From the human T2T-CHM13v2.0 reference genome, Homo sapiens, in the NCBI RefSeq assembly GCF_009914755.1, contig NC_060936.1: a stretch of 64,000 nt of DNA. The stretch is one strand, 5' to 3'. This document shows, piece after piece, positions 1 to 14,690 of this stretch. Under the pieces are notes generated by a model. It made no database searches. It worked only from the letters and a program-made list of their open reading frames with translations, and had not been told where the DNA came from. Position numbers and translations under genes: made by a program. The stretch's first letter is position 1; every line of letters begins with the position of its first letter.

Positions 1-379
1 AAAGATAGCTGCAATTGCAGTTAGGGGGTTCAGACCTGTGTTATCCTGGCTTGGCTAAACACTAGCTGCTACTTAGGTTCAATTTCTTTATTTGTAAAAT
101 TGCATTAATAATTCCTACCTAACAGGATTGCTGGGACGACATAATATGAGTGAAAGTGCTTTGTAAAGTGTACAACTATGAGGCATTATTATGATGCCTC
201 TATGATGATCGTAGCAGGGGAATTAGAAGCCTGATTTGGCAAATAATTTCTTTTTCTCTTTTGACCTCGAAGAAAGGATCAGGCACCATAAACAGTGGTA
301 ATGGAAATCTGAGGAAATATTTTACAGACAATTATGTCATCCAAGGCTGTGTCCATACAGTGCCAACGGCAGGCCAATT

Positions 380-600
380 CAATTAGACAGCTGGGTGCAG
401 TGGATAAATTCCTGGAGAAGGAGTTAGCAGCCCTGAGTTTTCACTCTGCCATCAGCTAGTCACGGGGTCTTAGCTAAGCCATTTAACCCATCTGGACCTC
501 AGTTCCCCTAAAAACATCTACTCTGCTTCAACCAAAGGTCATTAAAAGCCCAACGTGACACAATGTATGTGAAGTCTATTGGGCCTTGAACTTAATCTTA
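380..600 (+). mobile_element. MIR SINE fragment
   Basis: Diverged MIR core-like text (ccctgagtt...ctctgccatcagctag...tttaacccatctggacctcagtt); boundaries approximate. Confidence 0.6.
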
Positions 601-1223
601 ATATTATTATCAGCCAACTGAAAAAACATGCATGATATTATTGTAAAGGTTAATAAAAACAGAAATAGGACATTTAGTTTCCTCATCACAAGACCAGTTT
701 CTTTATATAGGAGAGGGTGCTGTTTGATTTGATACTATGCTGGCACTGGAAACTATCTATCCTGTTCCTATGCTGAAAATTCTGAGATCATCTAGGATTG
801 CATCAGGAATTGTGTTGGTAATCACAGTGTATCATCTGGAGTGAGAAGATGTCTGCTTATTTGTAGGTGGGTTGGGATGGAGAGAACAGAGTCTTCAATT
901 AACTTAGAGGAAATGAAGAACACATCACTGGGGGAAATTCTAACCTGATTTTTAAATATTAAATCACTGCCCTTATCTCTGAGATCCATCATAGAGTGAT
1001 AGTTGCAGCAACACATCCTTGGCTGAAGCTAGTTTGAAGATTGCCAAAAGAGAGCAATTATTAAATGATCCCATTTAGGGGTTATTATCATTATTTTTTT
1101 ACCTTTTTTTCACCCTCCTTGCAATCATCTAAGTTGTTTGTTTTCCTTTTGCCTTCAAAGATCCTGTCTTGACTACTTATCTTGCTCCTAATTCTTTTTG
1201 TACCATATGGGTTACAGTTTGGC

Positions 1224-1497
1224 TAGTGTTTCCCAAGCCTCAGTCATTTCCATGCCACCTCCCCAATTTCTGCTTGCCTTTTGTACTGTCTACTTATAAA
1301 AAAATTATAAAAGCTTATTTCTGAAAGGTTATTTTAAAACTTTATTTTAAAAGAAAACTTTATATTAGGGGTTTGAGTTTTAGTTATGTTTTTCAGAAAC
1401 ACATAAATCTGGATATTACATGATAATATAATAAATAATTTTTTCCCCAAATAATCACGTGCCACCTGTGGGATGTGTACCACTCTGTGGGAAATGA
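1224..1497. mobile_element. Probable hAT-Charlie non-autonomous DNA transposon remnant
   Basis: Ends tagtgtttccca ... tgggaaatga resemble inverted Charlie termini; AT-rich interior; subfamily not assigned. Confidence 0.4.
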
Positions 1498-1703
1498 TGA
1501 TGTTCATTTTACAGGGCCACTTTATATTTTAAATGCCCCTTCTATTTTTTTATGAGGCAGGACAACCTATACACAGAAGTATAAATATATAGATTTTTTA
1601 TTAATGGAAATAATGGTTGGAAACATTTCCAAGTTTTATTCAAAGAACAAAGAGATTGTCTCTTCCTCTTGTGTGGGTACTTGGCACCTTGCTTAAGATG
1701 TGA

Positions 1704-1994
<291 letters not shown>

Positions 1995-2030
1995 TGACAA
2001 ATATTGCAAAGGGGAAAACACAATCTGTGA

Positions 2031-2177
<147 letters not shown>

Positions 2178-3080
2178 TAAAATCTATTTCTCACATGCTC
2201 TTTCAGCTCCACCCATGTGCCAGGCACTGTGCCATGTTCTGTGCTGCAATGCTTTATTATAGAACAATTTATTATTTATTCCCCATAACTGAGAGCAGAC
2301 TTCCAAATGATAAAGCTTCCCTGTACACGTGTTGACTGGAAGCGGGTTAGAAGGATGGTATTTTCACATAGCATTTATTTTTAAAAGGGTTGGATAGAGG
2401 AGGAGACGCTAAACCTTGGAGAATATTTCTGTGGAATTAGACAGCCTGAAATATACCTGCAGATGGTGATCCTTGGAAAAACGATGAACTGAAATTGATC
2501 ATGCCTCTGGGAAACTAGGGAGGACTAGGTATTATGGGGCTCAGTGAGAGAATAAAATTCTTCCTGCTATTTTCCTTGACTGGAGGTAGTTAGGAGTAGA
2601 GTAATGTAGTTGACTTCAGTCTCAATGGAAAGGTAGAGAGTTTTAGAATAAAGGCTATGATGGAAGACATATCTCTTCCCACATCTACCCTGAATCTATC
2701 TACCATCATTCTTTCCTCTACTCCAATAAAAATGACCATCTGTAAAGAAATATGATACTTGGGTAAGCATTTCCCATTATTCTCCCCTTCCCCCTTTTAC
2801 ATCTGTTTTTATTTAACACAAGAGACCTGGAACTTCTTTATGGCCAGAGTGAAGTACAGTTAATAGTCTGGGAGAAGTAAGCAATGCACCCATTCATTAT
2901 AGGCATTTTTTCCCTCCCCCAGTGCCCCTTGTCTAAAAATGGGCAGATAAAAGAGTGAAACCCAAGCAGATCACTAACGCTTACAGGGTGCCTCTGTGGT
3001 CTGCAGGTAGTAGTTTACAGACATTCCTTGCTGTTTAAACTGAGGAAATCTGGGGGTTTGGCAGTGTGGCTATACTCTGC

Positions 3081-3175
3081 GCAGTGGCTCTCTAAGTGCG
3101 ACCCCAACATCAGCAGTGTCAGTATCACCTGGGAATTTGTTTTAACAAGCCCGCCCTTAAGTTTGAGAACCCCTG
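3081..3175. mobile_element. Internally deleted MER5A-like element
   Basis: cagtggctctctaagtg...cagcagtgtcagtatcacctgggaatttgtt...aagtttgagaacccctg, with both termini present. Confidence 0.55.
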
Positions 3176-4296
3176 TTTTAAAGGAAACTATGACAACTTT
3201 AACCCTAGGGAAATCTTCAATTAAACCAGTCATTTGACATAATATACCAACTCAGACCAATTCAAATATACCATTCAAACAAATGGTCAAACAGACCTAA
3301 TTCAATTGCATTATTTTCAAAAAGCTGAATTCTCTCAAAGAAACAATGTGTTATATTTGCTAACATAGCCTAAAATTTCAGAATATTTTCCAGTAATTCA
3401 CATGTAAGGCTTCTGAACATTAGAAAAACATTAAAAAATAGCTTTAGTAATCACCCATTGTTATCTTTCCCCTCTCTCAACTTCCAGAAGGCATCAGAAT
3501 TAGCACGGGAACCTGACGTAGGAGCTAAGCAGTACCCGGGCTGCACAGACACCAGCTGTTAACTTGCAGAATGACCTTGGCCAAGTCCCTTTACCTCTGC
3601 ACCTCAAGTTCTTTATGTAAAAAGTGGAAATAAAATTGTTACTGACCTCAAAGGGGTGTTTGAAAAGCCTAGTTAATAAAACAACTGGAAAGCATTTGGC
3701 AAGAGTAAATGCTTAATTCCAGAAATAGAAATGCTGTATTAAATCATCCGGATCAATGCCTGGACACTAAAGGATTTTTTGATAACCTCCTATTTCCAAA
3801 TGCTCCCCTTAGTCTAGTTTGAAAATTACTCAACCTGGAGAAAGGAGTTCAGCCATTTTAATGGAACAACCATAGGAACCACTGACCTTGCTGAGAAAAA
3901 ATTTATTCCAATACCCAGCATAAATTTTCCTGTGCTTAATTTTATTCCATTACTCCTAATTATACCCACCTTATGATACCTTCTCTTATTTTCTGTGCAG
4001 CCACTTGAAATAATTGCAAGCACTTAGCAATCCCCTCTCTTGTCATTTTTTAAACCGCATATATTTCTTTTATACGCACACCAAATGTTCATTATACAGA
4101 ATGTGATATTGGCAAATTGGTGTTTTTGTAAGTTGTTTGATGAGGATGGAAAAGTTGTCTAAGCACTTTTTCTGCCTGGGAATAATCCCAGTCCTGAGAC
4201 AAACACAGGGACCGTTGTGATAGGATACTTCAGAAGGGGCTTGGAATATAAGAGTAAGGTTGCCGAGGCTCCCTAGAAAGGGTTAAATATCTAGGT

Positions 4297-4795
4297 CAGT
4301 GCCTCTCAAACCTCAGGGGGCAAACTAATCACCTTCGAGATCATTTTTAAATGCAGATAATGAGTCTGTAGGGCCTGGGATTCTATTTCTGGTGATCTCC
4401 CAGATAAGGCTTGCACCAGAGGGTCTTGGGACCACACTTTGAGGAGCCAGCATCTAGACTGGGAAGGTCTTTCGAAGTGGGGGTTCAAGGTTCACTCATA
4501 AGGTGTTTGTTAAAAATACAATATCTTGATGCTCATCTGAAGCCTACTGAGTCAGAACTTTCAGGGATGGCCCAGGAATCTGCATTTCAAGGTATCTGCA
4601 GGGGATCCTGATGAGATCTAAAGTTTGAGAACTAATGTCTTAATTAATGTTCCAGCTCAGCGATTCTCATCCCTAGCTTTCCATTCACATCACATGTGGA
4701 GAATTAAAAAATACTGATGCCAGGGCCTCTGGGAATGTGGCCAGGTTTGATGTATTATTTAAAGCTCCCAGGTGATTCTAATATTCCATCACTGT
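4297..4795. mobile_element. Cluster of about three MER5A/MER5B (hAT-Charlie) elements
   Basis: Repeated MER5 hallmarks: cagtgcctctcaaac, aaatgcagat, ggaccacactttgag, cccaggaatctgcattt, aagtttgagaact, aagctcccaggtgattctaat. Confidence 0.65.
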
Positions 4796-4920
4796 TGACC
4801 TATTTGGGGTAGCTAATTGAGTGTCAACACAAATTTAGCTGAGCACTTTAGAGTTCAGGCTGGGTCTTCAATTTCCTTTGATTTCAATTGAGAGAGGGAG
4901 GGTGGGTACTCTCTGGCTGC

Positions 4921-5114
4921 TAGGGTTGCCAGATTTAGCAAATAAATATCTAGGATGCCCAGTTAAATTTGAGTTTCAGATAAATAAGGAGTAGTTTTGT
5001 GGTATAAGTATGTCCCATGCAATACTTGGAACATATTTATACTAAAAAGATTATTTGTTGTTTATCTGAAATTCAAATTTAACTGAGTGCCCTGTGTTTT
5101 ATCCGGTAACCCTA
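4921..5114. mobile_element. MER53 palindromic hAT MITE, near full length
   Basis: Inverted termini tagggttgccagat ... atccggtaacccta; internal inverted arms cagttaaatttgagtttcagataaata / tgtttatctgaaattcaaatttaactg. Confidence 0.85.
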
Positions 5115-6976
5115 TCCCTGGCTTCAGTTCAGAATGGATGGCCAAGGAATGCTGTTTCTCTGTCACTACTAGTGCAGCTAGCGTCCCTAGTTTACTTTGC
5201 CAGTCCATGGTTCAATCCAGGAAGTTCTGGATCGCCCACAACATTTGCGTAATCACCGCCACACTAAGCTAATGAGGCATGATGAGTAAATCGCTCTCTT
5301 GCGTCCTTGGAAAAGGTGCAGGTGTTTGCAGAAGAGAGGCAGTTGAGATTCTTCAGGAGGCCCAGCAGATTATGATGCCGTTACCATGGTGTCCAGTCTG
5401 GCAGGAACCGGGGAACAGATGCTGTGCTTTTCACAGGACGCTTTTCCTTTTGTCATGGCCTGTTTTCTTTTTGAATAATAAAGGTGCTTGGAATTCTTTG
5501 GTTTTACCATCTCAAGTAGCCTGGTTTTACTAGTGAGTGTTGAAACAAGTACTTTCTAGCATGACTGCATCTACCCTCTCCAGCAGGAGACCTTTTTAAA
5601 GGGCACAGATCTATTTGTGAATGTGGTAACTATTTATTTTATTTTATTATTATTATTATTATTTTTTACCAAATACCCAAACTTCAAGGACTGTGGTAAG
5701 TATTTTGTAAAATTTTTTATATAGACATTTTAGGACTTCACAAGCCTGCCTATGAACCCCAGTTTAAAAACTCCCAATTCACAGTAAAAGAAAGTGCTAG
5801 TTTCTTGGACAGAGGATACTTCATTTCTACATGGTGTTAAGGTGGTCTCAGGGCATCTTCTCTCTCCTCCCCTTAGTAACTCTCTTGTCATTCCTGAAAG
5901 AAAGGTTGTTGACAATGGAAGTTCTTCATTTCTGTCAAGCAGACAGCCCTGTGAAGATTTCTAGCCTCGAGGCCAGTTCTCTCCAGCCAGGCAAGAGAGG
6001 GGCGATTTGCTAATGAGTTTGAGGCTCCTCTTGAGCGGCCCATCTTGCAGAGCTGTCTTAGGTTCAGCAGAGGTAGTCTAGGCCTTTGTGGGCCTCACCC
6101 TGTTCTTCACTCTCCAGTGCCATGATCCCAGTGGCTTGTCTCCTTGCCTGGACTCCATTCTTAGCAAGCCATTGCTTCCTGGTTATCCTTCCAGGTTGCA
6201 GGGCTGTAGTGGTAGGAGTCAAATTGCAATAACTCCTTCTGAGCTTCCAACAGCTAGAAGAAACAACCCTGGAAAGAATTGATTGTCTGAAAGTGCTTAA
6301 AGGAAAGGAAAATGGAAAGTCTGTTGACAAGAGGAGAGATTTTTGGGTAAACCAAGAAGTCCTCTCTGAAGGATTTCACTTGACTGAAAAATGACAGACA
6401 TAATGTTTAATTTCCCAAGTGGCTGATGATGGATAAAAATCTTGAAGTTGGCTAAGACTAACTAGAATTATAAGAAGTCAGAGTGAAATGGTGCCAGGCT
6501 TCTGTCCTGTGCATGAATTCCCTAAAATCGATTTTGCATTATGTGGCTGTAGTCATAAAATACAGCAAAACCTCTTTAATTCATACTAATTTGGGAATGT
6601 GTCTATTATTCTAAATGATAGAATTTATAATAAATGTCACATTTATTAGTTATTTATACAAAGCAATTAAAATTAGGTTAAGTTACTGAATAATCATGTT
6701 AAAGGGATCTGTTTTAATGAATAGGATAGGATTAATTTGTGATTAAGATCAATTACATGCAAATGATATTTGAAAACCTAAAGGTATTGTTCACAATATC
6801 AATTTGCTCAACTAAGCCATTCTGCTTACTTAGTGGAAAGGTAAACTTTAGCCTGAATTGCCACACATCCTAAATTAGTATAGCCCCAATTTAATGAGGT
6901 TTTACTGTAAGCACAATTTGTTTCTGTCTGTGTCATCAAGATGGCCATCCTAGGATAAGATTTACATATGAATTGA

Positions 6977-7134
<158 letters not shown>

Positions 7135-7714
7135 GTAAGTACCTGTATAACTCTTTCTTGTCACTGGCTAGTTAGGAAAAACACATGCTGTGTTAAACAA
7201 ACCTGTCATCTCTTCACTTTAACTTTTGCAGAAAGCAGGTGTGAACCATTTTAAACACTCACCAACTCTGTAGGCTTTAAATGCCAACACTGATGTTTGA
7301 CATCTGGGTATAATTGTAAAATAATGAGACCTGTGAGCCACATGCCAAGTGCTACGTTTACACCATTGTTTCCAGCTCCACCAAGACAAAGACCATTTCT
7401 GTGCACTCTGCAGGCCTTAGAAACTGTGTTTTAATTTTAATTTTACTTTAGCCTTGACTTTTCAGTAACCCCCTTCAGTCTCCTGCTTCCCCGATGAAAG
7501 TAGAGGATTCAGCAAGAACGGTGAAAGGGCTCAGTTAAGGAGCCGTAATAGAGAAGACATGTGTTTGTTTTACATGGAGAGGAAAACTTCCTGTAAACTG
7601 CAGGGGTTATGAAGGAGTTTCACACCCATTCCCAGATCAGAGTTGGGATGGAAGAGGAGGACCTAACTTCGGGGTGAGGACTGTGCATAGTACATGATGC
7701 TAAGTGGCAGTGAC

Positions 7715-7962
7715 TTTCACTCGCATCCGTGTGAAGAGACCACCAAACAGGCTTTGTGTGAGCAATAAAGCTGTTGATTTCACCTGGGTGCAGGTGGGCT
7801 GAGTCCGAAAAGAGAGTCAGCGAAGGGAGATAAGGGTGGGGCCATTTTATAGGATTTGGGTCAATAAAGGAAAATTACAGTCAAAGGGGGGTTGTTCTCT
7901 GGTGGGCAGAGTGGGGGTTACAAGGTGCTCAGTAGGCTTAGCTTGGGCTCAGAGGCCTGACA
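7715..7962 (-). mobile_element. LTR7 (HERV-H) solo LTR with an internal U3 deletion
   Basis: Reverse strand starts TGTCAGGCCTCTGAGCCCAAGCTAAGCC and ends ...TGGTCTCTTCACACGGATGCGAGTGAAA; perfect 5-bp TSD gtgac at 7710-7714 and 7963-7967; only 248 bp long. Confidence 0.9.
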
Positions 7963-8928
7963 GTGACAGGATGTGTTTGTGACTGGAAATGGTGTTGTAT
8001 GTTGACTGCAGGCCATGTTTAGAAAAATGCAGTGGTGGTTAGGCCTGTGTTTGTTCTACTCATGCTAGTATAACTCATAGATCATCACAATGCTCTCTTT
8101 CCTCTGTCTGGTATGATTGATCAAGCTACAGGAAACTTGTCATCAGAACAAAATGCAAATCCATCTCGTAAGGGAAAGATTCGTCCTACCCCAATTGAGA
8201 GTAGGTGTGAAACTTGACTGTCCTGTGAGGCGAATTTTTCACTGGTGAAAGTTTAGAACATTACGTGTGTTATAGAGGGTCTCAGTGTGGGCTTTGTTTA
8301 TAAAAAGGGATTTGACACATGGTGCTTAAGACAGATGAGAAGATTCTTCATCCCACCTCTCACTGGGCATCCCTAGCTTCCTTTGATGCTTAGGTGCTCT
8401 TCCCTTCATCCTCCCAAGTCCCAGGCATCCTTCGTCCTTTCTCCACGACATTTAGGAAAACAATGTTCTTAAAAACCAGGACCACATGGCACATGTCCTT
8501 TCACATGTGCCTATTCTCATCTCCTCTGTTCTAAGCAGCTTCTTTCCCCTCTCTACTGTGACTTTCCACACCTTGCAATGTCAGCATGCACTTGCCCTAG
8601 CCCAAGCCCAACCTCAGGCCCCCTTCTTACCCTCAGTACCACCCCCGCTAGCCCCATGTCCCAGTGTTTCCTGATTAAATTGCCAAGAGAGGACTCGGAT
8701 GGGCTGAGCTCACATTTTCACCTCAGGCCCTGATGATGGTTGTGAGCCTTATGATTGGCTTCCCCTGGTCCACAGGCTCCTTCTGCGGAATCAGGTCATG
8801 ACTGTAAAGGTGGATCCTTAGAGGGGGTGTGGGCAGGGCAGTTCTTTGTAGCATGACCAGCCAGAACATGGTAGAAGCTCAATGCCTGGCAGAGCCTTTT
8901 CCCTTAGATAAAGTAGATAGCTTCGTCA

Positions 8929-9126
8929 CTCAGTCTGCCTCCTGAGTAGCTGGGACTACAGGTGTGTGCCACCATGCCCAGCTAATTTTTAAAATTTACT
9001 TTTTGTATTTTTGACAGGGTTTTGCTTTGTTGCTCTGACTGTTCTCAAACTCCTGGGCTCAAGTGATCCTCCTGCCTTGGCCTCCCAAACTATTGGGATT
9101 ATAGGTGTTTGCCATTGTGCTTGGCC
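8929..9126 (-). mobile_element. Partial Alu (left arm plus start of right arm), old subfamily
   Basis: gcctcctgagtagctgggactacagg...caagtgatcctcctgccttggcctcccaaa...ttggcc. Confidence 0.85.
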
Positions 9127-9164
9127 AGAAAATGTATTTTATATGTAGATGCTATATGTTTTAT

Positions 9165-9204
9165 GTATGTGTGTGTGTGCATGTGTGTGTGTGTGTGTGT
9201 GTGT
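9165..9204. repeat. (TG)n microsatellite
   Basis: Direct observation; one interruption (gcat). Confidence 0.95.
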
Positions 9205-9222
9205 ATAAAATGACATGATTTC

Positions 9223-9469
<247 letters not shown>

Positions 9470-12400
9470 TCAAGGGTTACTTATTTCTTCTTGATAGAAT
9501 TCAAAAGCTAAACAAAGGCAAGCTGATGTTGTGGTGATACAAGTAGAATATATGAGTCAACCAGTTTCATGGAACTTTGGTAATGAGGAGTCATTTGGTT
9601 TTAAAGAAAACATATTTATATGGAGAGGACAGAAAATGAGCATATAGTCAAAATGATGGAGAGTGAGGTTCTCAAAGTGTTAACAAGAGTTTGCGTTTGC
9701 CACCTTTGCATAGCTAAAGAGTAAGATGAAGGTGTGATGTCTGTAGAGAAAAAAAAGTAGAGATTGGAGAAACTGGTGGACATTTACACAAAAGAGGGCT
9801 GGATGGAGCTGGGGCATTCCAGGATCTGGTCCCAGTTTGGAGGGCTGGGAAGTGCTAAGGTTCAAGGGGCCTGGCTGTTGGTAACTGAATGTTCAGGAAG
9901 CCAAGAGAGCCAGGAAATGGCCAATTCATCATTTTATAGTGAGAAACAACCCTCATAGGACTCACAAAATGATCCTTATAGTCATGATAGCAGAGGAGGC
10001 CAGATTATAACCTTAGGCTACTTGGTGGATGCAGAGTCAAGTCAAAGCAAAGGGTATTTACCTAAGAGAGCTTAGAATCCAGGGAATTATAGCCCTCTCC
10101 CCTGGATGGTGCTGAGCCCAGACTGACCTAGGCAGGATAACAGCATGCTTAAAAACTGCAGCATTGGACTCCAATAGTCTGGGCTTGTGTGCACTCCTCT
10201 CCTCCAAGCCAGATGTGCAACCTCATTGTGCCAAGGCTGCTTCATCTGGGAAGTGTGCCCAACAATAAGACCCATTTCACAGGGTTGTATTAAGAACTAA
10301 AACAGAGAATGCATGTGCTGTACCTCACACATCGCCCAACACATGACCAATGATTATAAATGTCACTTATATTATTAGGTTTAATACATCTCCCCAGACC
10401 ATTTCCACAGGCTGTCTTCCATTTCCAGTGGACCTACTGTTTTCTTCTTTAGTGATGTTAATACCGTTGTTTATATGCCATTTACAAATAATGTAGCTGA
10501 AAACATTCTTGGAAGAAACTGTTTAGTTTCCCATTGAAGGGCTGTTGCATATACAGAAGTATTTTGTGTTGACCCACATTCCTCTTTACAGAGAGATTTC
10601 ATAAAAAGCAGTCATATTCCTCCCCACCCCCTTTTCCCTGCTTTTTTTTTTTTGCACATGGGAAGCTGCCAAAATACAGACTGCCAGTACTTCTTGTGAG
10701 TGGATGAACTGAGGAAGGTGCCTACCAAAGGTAGTTAAATCAGGAAAGCACGAACCCAGGACTTGTGGGAAGTAGAGCCAAGGATCATTCCTTAATGCCC
10801 CGCATGCTGTCATTGCTAAAGTTTCTCTGAGTATGAGTTTGAGGATGGATAAGAGAGAGACAGTCCTGTGTGTCACTTTTGGGCTCTTGTGCCTGCCATG
10901 GTGCTGGTGGGGGTGGGGCACAGATACTAACGAATTCCAAATGGGCCTTGTCCATTTTCTCCAGGCTGCCATGTAGCAAGTAAGGTTTCCCTTCAGTTTA
11001 TAGGAAACAGAGACGCAATTTCTAATTGAAATAGGTATTTTTCTAGTGCTGATGGTTTTCTGAGTACATAAAGGAGAGTGACGTGAATACCATAATTACT
11101 TAAAATAATCTCATTTAAGTGTGCAACAACCTGATTTTCCAAACTGATGTTTAGAACCACTTTGTCCAAGGGATAGATCATTTGAGATTGGGGTAGTTTT
11201 GAAAAATCTGGCGTATGCAGTCCTCGCAAATATAGTTTGGTGATAAAATTAGGGACCATGCTGGCAGGCGGAGAACAATTCAATTCCCTGTTGATAATTA
11301 GTTAAGACTTTCTGGACAAGAAGAAGAAGTCAAACATGTGGTCAGAAATACAGAGAAAGATGGAGTATGGATATTTTGGGGTTGTAATAGGGGTTAGCAG
11401 GATATAGTTTGAGTTGTCTAAAGGTAAGGAGAAGGCAAAGAAATGAAATACAGAATAATATATATTGAAACCACAACCAAGAAGCCCTCTGGGGGATTCG
11501 TGTTGAATACTATATTTTCTGTGATATTCTTGAAAGGATAAATCAGGGGGGAAGAATAAACACAAGCAGAGAAAAATGAAAAAATTCCACTCTATGATGA
11601 AAAAACAGCAGGCTCAAAGTCTGTATTACCATGAACCCGAAAGAGGAGAGGGGGCGGGAAAGCGCCGGCATGCTAACTGTCGATAGATGCCACTCAGGCG
11701 AGCTTCTGATTGACAGTGCTGCTGAGAAACATGATTGATTACCCAGAGGCCCACAGCAGCCTGCAGACATGAGTGTGGGAAGGCCTAATTGCCTCACCAA
11801 TAATAGCGCAGGAAACACTCATTAGTGCAAATATCATTCTTCATAGAAGATCTGAGAATGAACGCCCTGTATCGAGAGGACACTTTCTAAAATCATCTGT
11901 GAGAGAATGTCTAACACGCAGATCATGCCTCTCCTCCCCCGCCCAAATAAAATAAATTCTAGTATAAACAGGAAAAAAGTACCCCATGATTAGATAATGT
12001 GATGTGCATATAGACTTGCAGTTCAGAGGAAATGGAAGTGTGTGGGGGGCAGATAGCCTGTGGAGGAAGAGGAAATTATGACTGCGATGTAGTAGTTGTT
12101 AGGTTTGTCTGAAACTGTCCAGTTTTCTCTCTTTAGTGCCTTCATATTTGAATCTCAGCATTAACATTGCTGCATTTCTGTGGACTTCACAATTACTATA
12201 TTGTTGGGGGAACAATCAGTGATACGTTTTTTCAATTGACTAGAAATAAACACATTTTTCTTTTGGGGGCTGTTACAATGATTATTCCTCAACAATATGC
12301 ATGCATATTTAATTTTTTTTTCGTGGGGATGGTGGTAGTTATTTCAATCCATCTTATTCTCTTGGAAAGAGGCCCTGAGCTCCTACTTTAATTATTCCAC

Positions 12401-12949
12401 TCTTGTTTGCTTAAATTGATTTTGAATATTATTGTGATTGTGTTTTATTATGAATGTACCTACTCCTGGTTGAAAGTAAGGTAGCCCATGAACCTCATGT
12501 TCTTCTCATGGGGCTGCTTCCTCTTTGATTTATTTATTTTTATCCATGGAATCTGAAATGTAAATAGGCAACTACAACTGTCAATAGGTAAGGTAAACAA
12601 GAGAGTTTCAACATGTTAGAATTTCCAACTCTAATTTAGGTTAGAGTTGGACAATTCCTTAATTTGCCAAGAAAACTCATTTGATTTAAAATTCACCGAT
12701 TCAAATCATCCCTTAACATTGCTCAGCCTCAGTTTTTCTCCTCTGTAAAATGGAGACAAAACTATCTCTTCGGCCTCTCCTGGGAGGTTTTTTTAAGGAT
12801 TAAGTGAAGTAAGTGGGGCATTGCTATACAATGTACTTTGTTATCCTTATTAAAACAAGAATCAAACAATCTAGACCAAAGGCATGGGGTTTACTCAGAC
12901 CCCTGACAACATAAAGGCCTTGGCTGCTTTTCCTGTTTTTCTTTAGATC

Positions 12950-13205
12950 TGAGAGGCAGCGTGTGAAGCTGTTAAGTGTCAAAAGTCAGAGCTGCACTGC
13001 CTGGGGTGAATCCCAGCTTTACCATTTACTAACTGAGTGACCTGGGCAAATTGTTTAAATCTTCTGTATCTCAGTTTCCTTATCTGTAAAATGAGGATAA
13101 CTCTAGTACTACTTTATAGGATTGTTATGTGGATTACATGAGCGAATATAGTAACAAAACTTAGAACACTACATGTGCTATATAAATATTTAATAATATT
13201 GTTAT
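12950..13205 (+). mobile_element. MIR SINE
   Basis: gaatcccagctttaccatttactaactgagtgacctgggcaaattgtttaaatcttctgtatctcagtttccttatctgtaaaatgaggataa. Confidence 0.8.
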
Positions 13206-13342
13206 TTTCTCACTTCAGATGATCTCTTCTTTTTGTCTGTCCTCATGCTCCAAATCATTTTATTACCCTTTGGTTGCCAGTCTTCTCCACTCCCCTCGGC
13301 CAAGGCTTTTGTATAATCCTGACTTCTGTCTGATTTTTACAC

Positions 13343-14367
<1,025 letters not shown>

Positions 14368-14439
14368 TGACACTTTTTAACTGCTCTCCCACAGTGGGAG
14401 CTAATGTGCTATCTGTACAACTAATCCCTATGAAAGAAG

Positions 14440-14690
14440 AGGTAGCATGGTATAGCAGAAGATGTGGCAGAATGTATAGGATTTGGAGCTAGACAGAATT
14501 AGGTTTGAATTCCCGCTCTACCACTTAAAAGCTCTGTGGTCATGGGCAGTGACCTAGTCTCTCTAATTCTCAAGCTGTCATCTTAAAATGGGCACAACAC
14601 CTTGCATGATTGGGAGGATTAGCAATGATTACAGGACTCAGAGTGCTGACTGGCACAAGGAGATATTAAATCTATGATAGATATGATTAT
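14440..14690 (+). mobile_element. MIR SINE (diverged)
   Basis: tttggagctagacagaattaggtttgaattcccgctctaccactta...tcatcttaaaatggg. Confidence 0.6.
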
